Notes: a model not told the origin generated them from the letters alone. DNA of 64,000 bases from an uncultured Actinomycetota bacterium (GCA_963829525.1 CAWHIJ010000003.1:416001-480000), one strand, 5' to 3'; shown: positions 1 to 11,781, numbered from the stretch's first letter. Made by a program: numbers and translations.

Positions 1-82
1 ATGTCGAGATCAAACCCCGTGATGCCGGACGTGTCCATGTCTGGCGGTTGTTGCTTCACGACCTTGCTGGCAAGGTGACCAG

Positions 83-1888
83 GTGACTCATGAGCCGATG
101 CCTCTCTGGGAGCAGCGACTGCGCGCCCCTCAGATCCCGCCGTGGACCCTCTCGGGGGCGTCAGCCGTCTGGGCTCGAGACGCGTCCGCGCCAGCCGTCG
201 TGATGGCGAACATCAGTGGACGCATCGAAGTGCATGCCTACACGCCTGGAAGTGCCCCCGCACCACTCACGCAGATCACCGATCGACCACAGGGAACGCT
301 CGGTGCGGTCGTGTCGCCGAACGGTGATGCGGTTCTGTGGTTCGACGACACCGCTGGCGATGAGGTAGGGCGGTGGGTTCGTCAGCCCATCGGCGATGCC
401 GCTGCAACCGTTCTTGCAGCCGAGCTGCCTGCAGGGTTCATGGCAGGCATTGCGCCATGTTCTGATGGAGGGGCTGTCATCGGATACCTCGGGCAAAGCG
501 GCACCACGATCATCCGAGCTGACGCCCACGGGGCTGCTCACGTCGTGGCGGAGTTCGCTGACCCTGGCCAGATCATCGCAACAGATGGCTCCGACGAGTA
601 CGTGCTCGTCGCCGTGGCACCTGGTGGCGACTGGCTGCACATGGGAACGCAGGTGGTCCGCATCGCCGATGGCGCGGCAGTAGCCCAGCGGGCGATCGAC
701 GGCTCCAGCGTTCTCCCGGTTGGGTTCGCGCCGGGCGACGCTGACCGCGTCCTGCTCACCGACGACTCGTCGGGGCAGGTCCGTCCTGTCATCTGGACGC
801 TCGTCGATGACTCGGTGCAGCTCATCGAGATCGACGCTGCCGGTGAGGCGGAAGCGACCTGGTACCCGGACGGAGCTGCGCTGCTCGTCACGGTTCTCGA
901 GAACGCTCGGCACACACTGCAGCGCCTTGATCTCGAGTCGGGCGGCAGGACCTCGATCCCCACGCCGAAAGGGTGCATCAGTGCAGCCTCCGTGCGGCCT
1001 GACGGTGAGATCCATGCCCTCATCTCCAGTGCTAACAGGGCGCCGATGGTCTACCGACTGGATGCAGCAGAGGCGCAGCCGTTGGTCATGTTGCCGCCCC
1101 CGTCTCCACCACCAACGGTCGAGGTCCAGGACGTCTTCGCGGATGGCCCGGGAGGCCGAGTGCACGCTCTCGTGCGCCTTCCACCCGGTCGGACGGGGTC
1201 GCTGCCGACGGTGATCAACGTTCACGGAGGCCCGACTTTTCAGGACTACGACCTGTGGCACACGACCACGGCGTCGCTCGTTGACCTCGGGTACGCGACA
1301 GTAAGCGTGAACTACCGCGGGTCAACCGGCTACGGATCGGAGTGGCGAAACGCCCTCAAGGGAAGGCTCGGATTCATCGAGCTGGAGGACATCACCGCGG
1401 TGGTCGATCACTTGGTGGCCGAAGGGGTCGTCGACCCTCAGCGGGTCTCGATCGCCGGAGGCTCGTGGGGCGGGTTTGTGACACTGATGGCCTTGGGAAC
1501 ACAGCCAGAGCGTTGGCGCTCTGGTGTGGCTTTGGTCCCGGTGGCTGACCAAGTCAAGTGCGCGGAGGTCTCCCCACCCTTCATGCAGGCGTATCTCGAT
1601 ACGTTGATCGGCGGCACGATGGATGACGCCAGGGAGCAGTACCTAGCCTCGTCACCGATCAGCTACGTGGCCGACGTCCGCGCGCCGGTGTTCGTCAGCG
1701 CCGGAATCAATGATCCCCGGTGCCCGGTCGAGCAAGTGGATACCTACGTTGATGCCCTGCGGGCGAGGGGCGGTGAGGTGCAGTACCACCGCATCGACAC
1801 TGGCCACGCTGTCCCCGACGTCGACACGATGGTGGACGAACTGCAGCGCGTCTTCGACTTTCTGAGGCGGACCAACCCCCCTGACTGA
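83..1888 (+). CDS. S9 family prolyl oligopeptidase / acylaminoacyl peptidase
   Basis: Beta-propeller-like N-terminal half; HGGP, VNYRGSTG, nucleophile GGSWGG, NDPRCP (Asp) and TGH (His) motifs. Confidence 0.9.
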   Translation: MTHEPMPLWEQRLRAPQIPPWTLSGASAVWARDASAPAVVMANISGRIEVHAYTPGSAPAPLTQITDRPQGTLGAVVSPNGDAVLWFDDTAGDEVGRWVRQPIGDAAATVLAAELPAGFMAGIAPCSDGGAVIGYLGQSGTTIIRADAHGAAHVVAEFADPGQIIATDGSDEYVLVAVAPGGDWLHMGTQVVRIADGAAVAQRAIDGSSVLPVGFAPGDADRVLLTDDSSGQVRPVIWTLVDDSVQLIEIDAAGEAEATWYPDGAALLVTVLENARHTLQRLDLESGGRTSIPTPKGCISAASVRPDGEIHALISSANRAPMVYRLDAAEAQPLVMLPPPSPPPTVEVQDVFADGPGGRVHALVRLPPGRTGSLPTVINVHGGPTFQDYDLWHTTTASLVDLGYATVSVNYRGSTGYGSEWRNALKGRLGFIELEDITAVVDHLVAEGVVDPQRVSIAGGSWGGFVTLMALGTQPERWRSGVALVPVADQVKCAEVSPPFMQAYLDTLIGGTMDDAREQYLASSPISYVADVRAPVFVSAGINDPRCPVEQVDTYVDALRARGGEVQYHRIDTGHAVPDVDTMVDELQRVFDFLRRTNPPD

Positions 1889-1907
1889 TCGACGTCAGAT
1901 TTGCGCG

Positions 1908-3077
<1,170 letters not shown>

Positions 3078-3134
3078 TCAATGCAGGAGTCTGCCGCATC
3101 AGAGCGCCGATTGACCAGTACCTCGTGCAGGTTC

Positions 3135-3180
3135 TTGACAGAATCGAGCAGAAACGAGCATGATCACGAGCATGGCGAGC
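3135..3180 (+). promoter_or_regulatory. Sigma70-type promoter of the sugar operon overlapped by CGAGCA direct repeats (candidate DeoR operator)
   Basis: TTGACA 3135-3140, 18 nt spacer, CATGAT 3159-3164, ATG at 3172; CGAGCA at 3145, 3155 and 3167. Confidence 0.6.
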
Positions 3181-3951
3181 CGGGCGACCCTTCGCGTCAG
3201 CAGGTTGACGCAGATCCAGCAGATGCTCGAGGACGACGACGCCGTCACCGTCGGACAGCTCACCGACCGCCTCGGCGTCAGCGAGGCAACCGTTCGACGT
3301 GACCTCGATGCCCTGCAGCGCTCAGGCTTCGTGCAGCGCACCCATGGTGGAGCGGTGGCGACCCAGATCCATGAGCTCCCGTATCCGGCCCGTGGCTCGC
3401 GCCGGATCCCCGAGAAGCGCGCGATCGCGCGAGCAGCGGTTGCCCTCATCGAGCCGGAGGAAACCCTGTTCCTCGGTGGGGGTTCGACGACGCTGCACCT
3501 GGCCGAGCAGCTCGTGGACGCCGACGTCACCGTCGTGACGAACTCGCTGCCCGTGGCCACCGAGCTGTCCAGAGGACGTCGGGGTCAGGTGATCGTGATT
3601 GGCGGAACACTGCGCAGCCCTGAGCAGTCGATGGTCGGCCCCCGCGCAGTTGAGGCGATTGGGTCTTATCGCGCCTCCATCGCGTTTCTGGGCGTTCCGG
3701 CGATCGACAGCGAGCATGGGTTCACCGCCGACGGCGACGTCGAGGCGGCGACAGACCTGGCCTTCATTGAGAACGCGCAGCGATGCATCGTGCTGGCTGA
3801 CCACACCAAGCTGGGCAGAGTCTCCACCACGCATGTCGTCCAACTCTCGGCGATCGATACCGTCGTGACCGATACCGGTGCTGCCACGCAGGTGATTGCT
3901 GATCTGCGGAGCGCCGGAACCAATGTCATCGTTGCGGAGCTGACGCCATGA
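3172..3951 (+). CDS. DeoR/GlpR family transcriptional regulator (AgaR-like)
   Basis: HTH VSEATVRRDL, RTHGGA, sensor domain GGGSTT/VVTNS/LADHTK; alternative start at 3160. Confidence 0.93.
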   Translation: MASRATLRVSRLTQIQQMLEDDDAVTVGQLTDRLGVSEATVRRDLDALQRSGFVQRTHGGAVATQIHELPYPARGSRRIPEKRAIARAAVALIEPEETLFLGGGSTTLHLAEQLVDADVTVVTNSLPVATELSRGRRGQVIVIGGTLRSPEQSMVGPRAVEAIGSYRASIAFLGVPAIDSEHGFTADGDVEAATDLAFIENAQRCIVLADHTKLGRVSTTHVVQLSAIDTVVTDTGAATQVIADLRSAGTNVIVAELTP

Positions 3952-4970
3952 GCACCCACACTGAGCAGGAGATCCTCTCTCAACCCGGCGTTTGGCAGCA
4001 GACCATCGATGCGCTGGACCCGATGACTTTCACACAGCCGTTTCACGACGGCATCACCGACGTCCTGGTCACCGGATGTGGATCGACGCACTACTTGGCC
4101 ATGTCCGCAGCTGCACTCTTCCGCGAGGCCGGACTCCGCGCGTGGGCGCTCCCCGCATCCGAGCTGATCGCGCAGGCGGAGCCGAGGCTTGCCAACCCCG
4201 GTGGCACCCTTCTCGTTGCCATCTCGCGCTCGGGCACGACGACAGAGACCGTGATGGCCGCCGAGCATTTCCGCAGGATGGGTGGGCGCTCGGTCGCGGT
4301 CATCACCTGCTACCCGGACTCCACGCTCGCCGAGGTGGCCGACGTCGTGTGGGCAGCTCCGGCGGCAGCTGAGCAGTCGGTGGCACAAACCCGCTCGTTC
4401 ACGTCGATGCAGTTGATCGTTTCGGCCATTGCAGGAGCGTTGCGCGGTGGCGATCTCTCAGCCCTTCACGCCCTCCCGTCCGCAGCCTCGGCAATCCTGA
4501 CCAGATCGCGTCCGCTCATGTCCTCGCTGGCCCGAGATGAGGCCAACGAGTCGTTCTTCTTCCTGGGGTCAGGGGCGCTCTACGGGATCGCCTCGGAAGG
4601 GATGCTGAAGCTCAAGGAGATGTCGCTCACCGGCTCAGAGGCGTACCACGCCATGGAGTTTCGGCACGGTCCCATATCGATGTGCGATGACAAGGCTGCC
4701 GTCATCGCCCTGGTCTCACCGCAGCGAGCTTCGCTCGAAGAGGCCGTCCTGAAGGACATCAGTCCTTTCGGATCGCGCCTGGTCACGGTCGGCCTCGAGG
4801 GCCACCACCAGATCCCCGGTGACATCCCAGGCTGGGCGTCAACAGCCCTCTACCTCCTTCCCCTGCAGTTGCTGGCCCTCGAACGAGCACTGCATAAAGG
4901 CCTGGACCCTGATCAACCTCGACATCTGACCGCCGTCATTCACCTGGACGAGTCGCCTGACGCGTCCTGA
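3948..4970 (+). CDS. SIS-domain sugar-phosphate deaminase/isomerase (AgaS/GlmD/FrlB-like)
   Basis: EILSQP, TGCGST, ISRSGTTTET, QTRSFTS, LKLKE, EFRHGP; no glutaminase domain. Confidence 0.88.
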   Translation: MSTHTEQEILSQPGVWQQTIDALDPMTFTQPFHDGITDVLVTGCGSTHYLAMSAAALFREAGLRAWALPASELIAQAEPRLANPGGTLLVAISRSGTTTETVMAAEHFRRMGGRSVAVITCYPDSTLAEVADVVWAAPAAAEQSVAQTRSFTSMQLIVSAIAGALRGGDLSALHALPSAASAILTRSRPLMSSLARDEANESFFFLGSGALYGIASEGMLKLKEMSLTGSEAYHAMEFRHGPISMCDDKAAVIALVSPQRASLEEAVLKDISPFGSRLVTVGLEGHHQIPGDIPGWASTALYLLPLQLLALERALHKGLDPDQPRHLTAVIHLDESPDAS

Positions 4971-4982
4971 GGAGGAGGAACC

Positions 4983-6269
4983 ATGAAGAGTGCACGGAGC
5001 ATGGCCATCGGAGTAGTGGTGTTGGCGCTGCTCGCCGCCGGATGCACCTCTTCGGGCGATGGCGAGGACACGGCCGCACCCGGGGGGTCGGTCACGGTGT
5101 GGACGCACGTCAACAAGTCGTTCAACAAGGCGTACCAGAAGCTCGGGGATGCCTACATGGCTGAGAACCCGGGCACCGAGATCAAGTTCGAGACGTTCGA
5201 CTACGACAGCTACATCCAGACGTTGCAGACCTCGCTACCAGCTGGCAACGAAGCAGACATCCTGCAGATGTTCGGCAGCTGGACCTGCAGCTACGCCGAC
5301 AACCTGTCGACGGTTCCTGAGAACATCTCGACCATGAAAGAGGCCGAGGACGCGTTCTTCCCTGGTCCGCTCGGCGGGTACCAGTGCGACGATCAGTTGT
5401 ACGGGATGCCACAGGAGTCGAATGTCGAGTACGGGGCGACTCTCGTCAACACCGCCATGGCCGAGGACGCCGGTGTCGCTCTCGACGGTTGGGCAAACTT
5501 CGACGAGTTCAAGGCTGACGCGAAGAAGTTGACGGTGGTTGACAATGGCTCGATCACACGGGCCGGCTACCACTTCACCACCAACGACGGGATCTCCTAC
5601 ACCCTGCTGTCGCTCATTCTCCAGAACGGCGGCAGCTACCTCGCCGAAGACGGCACGTTCACCTTCCAGACGCCGGAGGCTCAGGCATCGATGGAGTTGA
5701 TGAAGAGTTTCGTCGATGAGCAGATCGTTGACCCAACGCTCTTCACCGACACCGCGAACTGGGTGGGCGACTGCTTTTTCACTGAGCTCTGCGCGATGGG
5801 GTTGGTGGGTCCATGGGTGGTTCCTGAGTACGCAACGGACTTCCCGGATGTCGTGGCGAACACCGAGTATGTCCCACTCCCGACGCTGGAGAACAACAGT
5901 TTCGCAGCTGACTCCGGGTGGGGCCTCGCGGTGTCGTCCAACAGTCCAGAGCAGGAGTTGGCCTGGGACTTCGTGGCGTACGTCGCGCAGAACGACAAGA
6001 ACGCCCTGGACTGGAACCTCGCGACCGGGACCCTGCCGGCGCTGAAGGCGAATACCCAGGGGGACGCCCGTGACCAGCTACTCGCCGATGCCGCCTACCT
6101 TGCCCCGTGGCTGGACATCCTGGGCGACGCCAAGTACATCGGCAGTCTGCCGGACCGCGACCGGCTGTTCTACCGGGTCATCGTTCCCAACGTGCTTGAC
6201 TACCTCAACGGGCAGACGAGCGTCGAGGATGCATTGGCCGCTATCGAACAGGAGGCCAACTCCCTCTAG
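4983..6269 (+). CDS. Carbohydrate ABC transporter substrate-binding lipoprotein
   Basis: Lipobox LAAGC, GGAGGAGG RBS, SBP family-1 features, followed by two permeases. Confidence 0.9.
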   Translation: MKSARSMAIGVVVLALLAAGCTSSGDGEDTAAPGGSVTVWTHVNKSFNKAYQKLGDAYMAENPGTEIKFETFDYDSYIQTLQTSLPAGNEADILQMFGSWTCSYADNLSTVPENISTMKEAEDAFFPGPLGGYQCDDQLYGMPQESNVEYGATLVNTAMAEDAGVALDGWANFDEFKADAKKLTVVDNGSITRAGYHFTTNDGISYTLLSLILQNGGSYLAEDGTFTFQTPEAQASMELMKSFVDEQIVDPTLFTDTANWVGDCFFTELCAMGLVGPWVVPEYATDFPDVVANTEYVPLPTLENNSFAADSGWGLAVSSNSPEQELAWDFVAYVAQNDKNALDWNLATGTLPALKANTQGDARDQLLADAAYLAPWLDILGDAKYIGSLPDRDRLFYRVIVPNVLDYLNGQTSVEDALAAIEQEANSL

Positions 6270-6286
6270 CCAGGGAGATCATCGTC

Positions 6287-7300
6287 ATGGCCATCGAAGC
6301 CGTGGAACGACCCCCGACGACCGGCCCTCCCAAGGACCGGTCGCGGGGGTCGCTCACGGCACCTCAGAACCGGTTCCGGCGCATCGTGCTGGGGCCGATC
6401 ATCCTGTACCTGGCTTTCTTCACCCTGCTTCCGCTCGTGTGGGTATTCGCACTCTCGCTCTTCAACTACAGCCCTCGCCGGGAAGGCGCGAGCATCGGTG
6501 GCCTTGGCGGCGACAACCCATTCGTCGGGCTGGAGAACTTCCAGCAGCTCTTCGATTTCTCGAACCCTTCGCAGTTGGCGCAGACCTTCCACACCGCCGT
6601 CGTCGTGACACTCGTCTTTGCCTTTATCGTGCTGCCGCTCAACCTGCTGATCACCTTGCCGCTCGCGGTCATGATCGAGGCAGCCGCACGACGACTTCGC
6701 CCGTTGCTGCGCACGGTCTTCTTCATGCCGGTGCTCACCTCCGCAGTCGCCGTTGCGGTCATCTGGCAGTACGTACTCAATCCGCAGTACGGGTTGCTCA
6801 ACGGCATCTTGACGAAGATCACCGGAGAGACCACGGTCATCTCCTGGCTGAACGACCCGTCGCTGACGGTCGCCGGAGTTCCGGTGGCGCTCCTCGCGGT
6901 CACGGCCGCCTACCTCTGGATGGACATCGGCTACAACCTGGTGATCTTCATCGCTGCCCTACAGGGCATCCCGAAGCAGCTCACGGAGGCGTCCCTGCTC
7001 GATGGTGCCAACGCCTGGCAGCGGTTCTGGCACGTCACGCTGCCCTTGCTCAAGCCGACCATCCTGCTGACCGCGATCCTCACGATGATCTCGTCATTCC
7101 AGGCCTTTGATCTCTTCCAAGTGATGACCCTGGGTAACCCCGACAATCAGACGCGGGTGCTTCCCCTCGACATCTACCAGAACGCATTCACCTTCCAGGC
7201 CATGGGCTGGGCCGCTGCCGAGTCGTTGGTGCTGCTGGCGATCGTCCTGCTCATCACGCTAATCCAGTCCCGCATGCTGCGCACGAAGTGGTCGTACTGA
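6287..7300 (+). CDS. Carbohydrate ABC transporter permease
   Basis: FVGLENF, EAA loop EASLLDGANAWQRFWHVTLPLL, multiple TM segments. Confidence 0.93.
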   Translation: MAIEAVERPPTTGPPKDRSRGSLTAPQNRFRRIVLGPIILYLAFFTLLPLVWVFALSLFNYSPRREGASIGGLGGDNPFVGLENFQQLFDFSNPSQLAQTFHTAVVVTLVFAFIVLPLNLLITLPLAVMIEAAARRLRPLLRTVFFMPVLTSAVAVAVIWQYVLNPQYGLLNGILTKITGETTVISWLNDPSLTVAGVPVALLAVTAAYLWMDIGYNLVIFIAALQGIPKQLTEASLLDGANAWQRFWHVTLPLLKPTILLTAILTMISSFQAFDLFQVMTLGNPDNQTRVLPLDIYQNAFTFQAMGWAAAESLVLLAIVLLITLIQSRMLRTKWSY

Positions 7301-8190
7301 TGGCGACGCTCGCTGCAGCTGAGAAGATACGTCCGGAAGCCGTCACGGTCGTCAAGCCTCCACGCCGGCCACCGCCTGTCGGACGCGTGATGCTTTACCT
7401 CGTTCTGGCTATTGGCGCCGTCATCGCCGCCCTTCCGTTCTTCTGGATGGTCTTCGGAGCCTTCAAGACCGGTGCGGAGATCCGCCAGATCCCGCCCACC
7501 TTCGTGCCGCAGGACTGGACGCTAGACAACTTCAGCACCATTCTCAACGACCCTGGGCTGCCCCTCACCACCTTCTACCGGAACTCGCTGTTCGTCGCAC
7601 TGACGAATGTGGTCGTGACACTGTTCACGTCCTCCATCCTTGGTTTCATCTTTGCCAAGTACGTCTTCCGGGGACGCGACATCCTCTTCTGGTACCTGAT
7701 GGCGATGATGATGGTGCCGCCGAGCGTGCTGATGATCCCCAACTACCTGATCCTCAGCAAAATCGGCCTGCTCAACAACCTGTGGGGTCTGGTCATCACT
7801 GTTGCCGTCGACCCGTTTGCGATCCTGATCATGCGCCAGTTCATCCGGTCGCTGCCCGATGAGCAGATCGAGTCGGCGCGAGTCGATGGTGCATCGGAGT
7901 TCCGGATCTACTGGTCAGTGGTCCTTCCTCAGGTCAAGCCGGCACTGGCGACCTTGGGGCTTCTCACTTTCATGTTCAACTGGAACGCCTACCTGTGGCC
8001 GCTGATCGTGCTGACGGAGAACAGCAAGCGCACGATCCCGGTGATCTTGTCCTGGTACTCGACGCAGCATTCGGCTCAGCTGAACCTCGTCATGGCGGCG
8101 TCTGTGCTGATGGTGGTACCGGTGCTGCTCGTCTTTCTCGCCACCCAACGATGGATCGTCCAAGGGCTCACCCTGTCCGGAGGTAAGTGA
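7300..8190 (+). CDS. Carbohydrate ABC transporter permease
   Basis: EAA loop ESARVDGASEFRI, WNAYLWP; TGATG translational coupling. Confidence 0.93.
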   Translation: MATLAAAEKIRPEAVTVVKPPRRPPPVGRVMLYLVLAIGAVIAALPFFWMVFGAFKTGAEIRQIPPTFVPQDWTLDNFSTILNDPGLPLTTFYRNSLFVALTNVVVTLFTSSILGFIFAKYVFRGRDILFWYLMAMMMVPPSVLMIPNYLILSKIGLLNNLWGLVITVAVDPFAILIMRQFIRSLPDEQIESARVDGASEFRIYWSVVLPQVKPALATLGLLTFMFNWNAYLWPLIVLTENSKRTIPVILSWYSTQHSAQLNLVMAASVLMVVPVLLVFLATQRWIVQGLTLSGGK

Positions 8191-8191
8191 C

Positions 8192-9499
8192 ATGACTGTC
8201 CTGACCATCATCGGAGCTGGTAGCACGGTGTTCGCTGCTGAGCTGATGACCGACTTCCTGACTGCCCCGGGACTGGACGCTGGCGAGTTCCGGCTCGTCG
8301 ACCTGGACGCCGAGCGGCTGGCGCTTGCCCATGAGTTCGCCGACTACCTGATCGAACGGTCCGGCCGCGAGTGGACCGTTCGGTCCTCGGTGGACCGCAC
8401 CGAGCTGCTCCCCGGGTCGACGGTCGTGATCAGCACCATCGAGGTAGCGGGGCTGGCTACGGTGGACTTCGACTACGACATCCCCATGAAGTACGGCGTC
8501 GACCAGTGCATCGGCGACACGATCGGTCCTGGGGGTCTGTTCAAGTCGTTGCGTACCATCCCCTCGATCCTGGAGATCGTTGCCGATGTCGAGCGGCTCT
8601 GTCCCGATGCGCTGGTGCTGAACCACACGAACCCGATGTCGATGACGATTCTGGCCGCGTCCCGAGCGGCGAGCATTCCCGTATGGGGAATGTGCCACTC
8701 GGTTCACTACACCGTCGAGAACCTCGCCGACTACCTCGCGATCGACAAGCGCGAGATCGAGTTTCGCGCCGCGGGCGTCAACCATTTGGCTTGGCTGACG
8801 CAGCTGACCCGCAAGGGCGAAGACCTCTATCCCATGTTGCGCGAACGTGGCCGGATTCCGGAGGTGCTGGATCAGGACCCTGTCAGGTTCGAGCTGATGT
8901 ACCAGTTCGGCGCTTTCCCCACCGAGAGCAGTGGGCATGTCTCGGAGTACCTGCCCTACTTCCGCACCCATCCAGACGTCGTCAAGCGATGGATCGGTAA
9001 GGAGTACATCGGCGAGTCCGGCTTCTACGCGCACAACTGGCCGACCTGGCGTCGTGAGAACGATGAGATGCTGCGCGCCGTGCTCGCCGGCACTCGCGAG
9101 TTCCCGATGGAACGAGGGGGGGAGTACCCTTCGCAGATCGTCGAGGCAATGGTGTCGGGCAAGCCCACAACGGTGTATGTCACTACCCCGAACAACGGTT
9201 GGGTCGACAACCTGCACCAGGGCAACGCCATCGAGGTGGCAGCGACTGTCGATGCCTCGGGAATCCATCCGGAGCACTTCGGATCGTTGCCAGAGCATAT
9301 GGCGTCATGGGTACGGCGTCACCAAGAGTTCAACGATCTCGCCGTCACTTCGATCCTGGACGAAGATCGTGAGGCAGCCGTTCATGCGCTGATGATCGAC
9401 CCGTTGACATCCGCGGTCTGCGAGCTTCAGCAGATTCGCGATATGTTCGAGGAAATGGTGGACGCGCAACGCGAGCACCTGCCCAGCTATCTGCACTGA
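8192..9499 (+). CDS. Glycoside hydrolase family 4 (NAD+-dependent, MelA alpha-galactosidase-like)
   Basis: IIGAGS Rossmann motif, QCIGDTIGPGG, NHTNPM, GMCHSV, AGVNH, TESSGH. Confidence 0.92.
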   Translation: MTVLTIIGAGSTVFAAELMTDFLTAPGLDAGEFRLVDLDAERLALAHEFADYLIERSGREWTVRSSVDRTELLPGSTVVISTIEVAGLATVDFDYDIPMKYGVDQCIGDTIGPGGLFKSLRTIPSILEIVADVERLCPDALVLNHTNPMSMTILAASRAASIPVWGMCHSVHYTVENLADYLAIDKREIEFRAAGVNHLAWLTQLTRKGEDLYPMLRERGRIPEVLDQDPVRFELMYQFGAFPTESSGHVSEYLPYFRTHPDVVKRWIGKEYIGESGFYAHNWPTWRRENDEMLRAVLAGTREFPMERGGEYPSQIVEAMVSGKPTTVYVTTPNNGWVDNLHQGNAIEVAATVDASGIHPEHFGSLPEHMASWVRRHQEFNDLAVTSILDEDREAAVHALMIDPLTSAVCELQQIRDMFEEMVDAQREHLPSYLH

Positions 9500-9510
9500 C
9501 GAGGTGTGTC

Positions 9511-10470
9511 GTGTCTCAGCTGGACCTGTTGGTCGTCGGTGACATCAACCCCGACGTCATCGTCGCGTCTCCTGGCCTGACACCTCAATTCGGTCAGGTG
9601 GAGCAGCTCGTCGACAGCGCTTCGCTGGTGATGGGAGGTTCGGCGGCGATCACTGCGGTCGGCGCTGCCCGTCTCGGTCTTCGGGTAGGGCTGTGTGGGG
9701 TGGTCGGAGATGACGACCTCGGTCAGCTGATGCTGGTGCGGCTCGCCGAGGCGGGGGTGGATCTGCAGCACCTGCGGGTGGATGCATCCACGCCGACCGG
9801 CATGTCGGTGATACTCAACCGAGGGGACGACCGCGCGGTGCTGACTGCCACCGGAACGATCTCCGGCCTCTCACCTGAAGACCTGTCCGCACTGCCCGAT
9901 CGCGCAGCACGGCACGTGCATGCGGCCTCGTACTACCTGATGTCGCAGGCGTACCGCGAAGCCCTTCCGGTAGCCTTCGCCCGGTTTCGAGCAGCTGGTA
10001 CATCAACGTCGGTTGACACCAACTGGGACCCGCGCGAGAGGTGGGACCTCGCGGAGCTTCTCGCCGAGAGTGACCTCTTCCTTCCCAATGAGACGGAGCT
10101 CACGGCCATCGCCCGGTCCCCCATTCTGGAGCGCGCCGTTGAGCTGGTCAGCGAGAACGGCTGCGAAGTGGTGGTGAAGCGCGGTGAGCGAGGAGGTGCG
10201 GCAACACTCGGAGGCAGTAACTATCGGGTACTGCGCACTCCTCCCGTGGAATACGTAGATGCGGTCGGTGCGGGAGACACGTTCAACGCCGGGTTCCTGG
10301 CCGGACGACTGCAGGGACGCGATGCCGGGACCTGTCTTGCCATGGCTGTCATCGCCGGGACGCTTTCCACCGGCGGTACTGGAGGTACAGCTGCTCAGCC
10401 GTCGCTTGACGATGTCGACATCTGGTTGGCATCAGTACCGGTGGAAGAACTCGGCGGTGGGCGAGCGTGA
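9511..10470 (+). CDS. PfkB/ribokinase family carbohydrate kinase
   Basis: GGSAAITA, VGDDDLG, PNETE, DAVGAGDTFNAG. Confidence 0.92.
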   Translation: MSQLDLLVVGDINPDVIVASPGLTPQFGQVEQLVDSASLVMGGSAAITAVGAARLGLRVGLCGVVGDDDLGQLMLVRLAEAGVDLQHLRVDASTPTGMSVILNRGDDRAVLTATGTISGLSPEDLSALPDRAARHVHAASYYLMSQAYREALPVAFARFRAAGTSTSVDTNWDPRERWDLAELLAESDLFLPNETELTAIARSPILERAVELVSENGCEVVVKRGERGGAATLGGSNYRVLRTPPVEYVDAVGAGDTFNAGFLAGRLQGRDAGTCLAMAVIAGTLSTGGTGGTAAQPSLDDVDIWLASVPVEELGGGRA

Positions 10471-11750
10471 GCGAACACCCACTCGACACGCTGGCTGCGG
10501 CCCATCGTGCGGGTCGCCCTGATGGCATCGCGTCGATCTGCTCAGCCCACCCTTTGGTGCTGGACGAGACGATTCGACACGGGGTCGAGGGTGAGCACGT
10601 GGTGCTCATCGAGGCCACCTGCAACCAGGTGAATCAGGATGGCGGATACACCGGCTTGAACCCAGCTGCGTTTCGCGATCAGGTCACCGCGCTGGCTGAG
10701 CGTTACGGCCTTCCCCCAGCGCGACTCGTGCTTGGTGGCGACCACCTCGGACCGAACCCCTGGAAGCATCTGCCGGCCGAGACAGCGATGGCCAAGTCCG
10801 AGGAGCTGGTGCACGCCTTCGTGTCAGCGGGGTACTCCAAGATCCACCTCGACACCTCGATTCGCTGCGCGGACGACCCTCCCGGTGCTCTGGCGCCGGC
10901 GCTCGTCGCAGAACGGGCGGCGCGCCTTGGTCGCGTGAGTGAACGTGCCGCGGCTGACATCGGTGCAGCGCCCCGTTACGTCATCGGCACCGAGGTCCCG
11001 GTACCCGGTGGTGAATCGGCGGGCGAGCACGGCATCCACGTGAGCGCAGTCGACGATGTCGCCGAGACGATCGAGGTCACCGAGCTGGCCTTCGCAGCAG
11101 CAGGAATAACCGATGCCTGGCAACGAGTGCGCGGTGTGGTGGCGCAACCCGGCGTGGAGTTCAGCGACGCCGAGCTCTACGCGTACGTGCCAGGCCAGGC
11201 CGCGCACCTCGAGCGGTGCCTGCCGCCGGATGGGTCGATGGTCTTCGAGGCGCACAGCACCGACTATCAGACGCGCGCAGCTCTGCGTGCATTGGTGGAG
11301 GACCATTTCGCGATCCTGAAGGTGGGACCTGGACTGACATTCGCCTATCGCGAGGCGCTGTTCGCGCTGACCTTCATCGAGGACGAGCTACTGGGTGACG
11401 CCGCATCCGGGGTCCGCGACGTGCTGGACCGCGCAATGCGTGCGGCCCCGAGGGATTGGCAACCGTTCTACTCCGACGATCCCGAAAAAGCGGCTTACGC
11501 CCGCAGTTACTCGCGAAGCGATCGGTCGCGCTACTACTGGCCGGTGGTGTCGGTACAGGACGCCGTCGGGGAGATGTTGGCCAACCTCGAGGGCACCGGG
11601 CTCCCCGACGAGCTGGTGAGCCAGTACCTCCCGTGCATCACCGCACCTGAGGTTCCGGGCAGTGCGGTCGGCGGGGCGGAACTCACCGCCGACGTCGTCC
11701 TGCGGGCAGCCATCCGAAGGGTGCTCGACTCCTACGCTGCGGCCACCTGA
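10467..11750 (+). CDS. gatZ: GatZ/KbaZ family protein (tagatose-6-phosphate 4-epimerase-like)
   Basis: SICSAHP, IEATCNQVNQDGGYTG, GGDHLGP, KIHLDTS, GTEVPVPGG, FEAHSTDYQ, LKVGP. Confidence 0.9.
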   Translation: MSEHPLDTLAAAHRAGRPDGIASICSAHPLVLDETIRHGVEGEHVVLIEATCNQVNQDGGYTGLNPAAFRDQVTALAERYGLPPARLVLGGDHLGPNPWKHLPAETAMAKSEELVHAFVSAGYSKIHLDTSIRCADDPPGALAPALVAERAARLGRVSERAAADIGAAPRYVIGTEVPVPGGESAGEHGIHVSAVDDVAETIEVTELAFAAAGITDAWQRVRGVVAQPGVEFSDAELYAYVPGQAAHLERCLPPDGSMVFEAHSTDYQTRAALRALVEDHFAILKVGPGLTFAYREALFALTFIEDELLGDAASGVRDVLDRAMRAAPRDWQPFYSDDPEKAAYARSYSRSDRSRYYWPVVSVQDAVGEMLANLEGTGLPDELVSQYLPCITAPEVPGSAVGGAELTADVVLRAAIRRVLDSYAAAT

Positions 11751-11755
11751 CATCC

Positions 11756-11781
11756 GGCCACCCTTTACCTCCAGGGTGGCC
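11756..11781. terminator. Hairpin between convergent genes (likely terminator)
   Basis: GGCCACCCT-N8-AGGGTGGCC immediately after the gatZ stop. Confidence 0.6.

Noticed and set aside
1-59. Possible N-terminus of a minus-strand gene (VKQQPPDMDTSGITGFDLD) leaving the window
   Set aside because: Only 19 codons are visible; cannot be supported.
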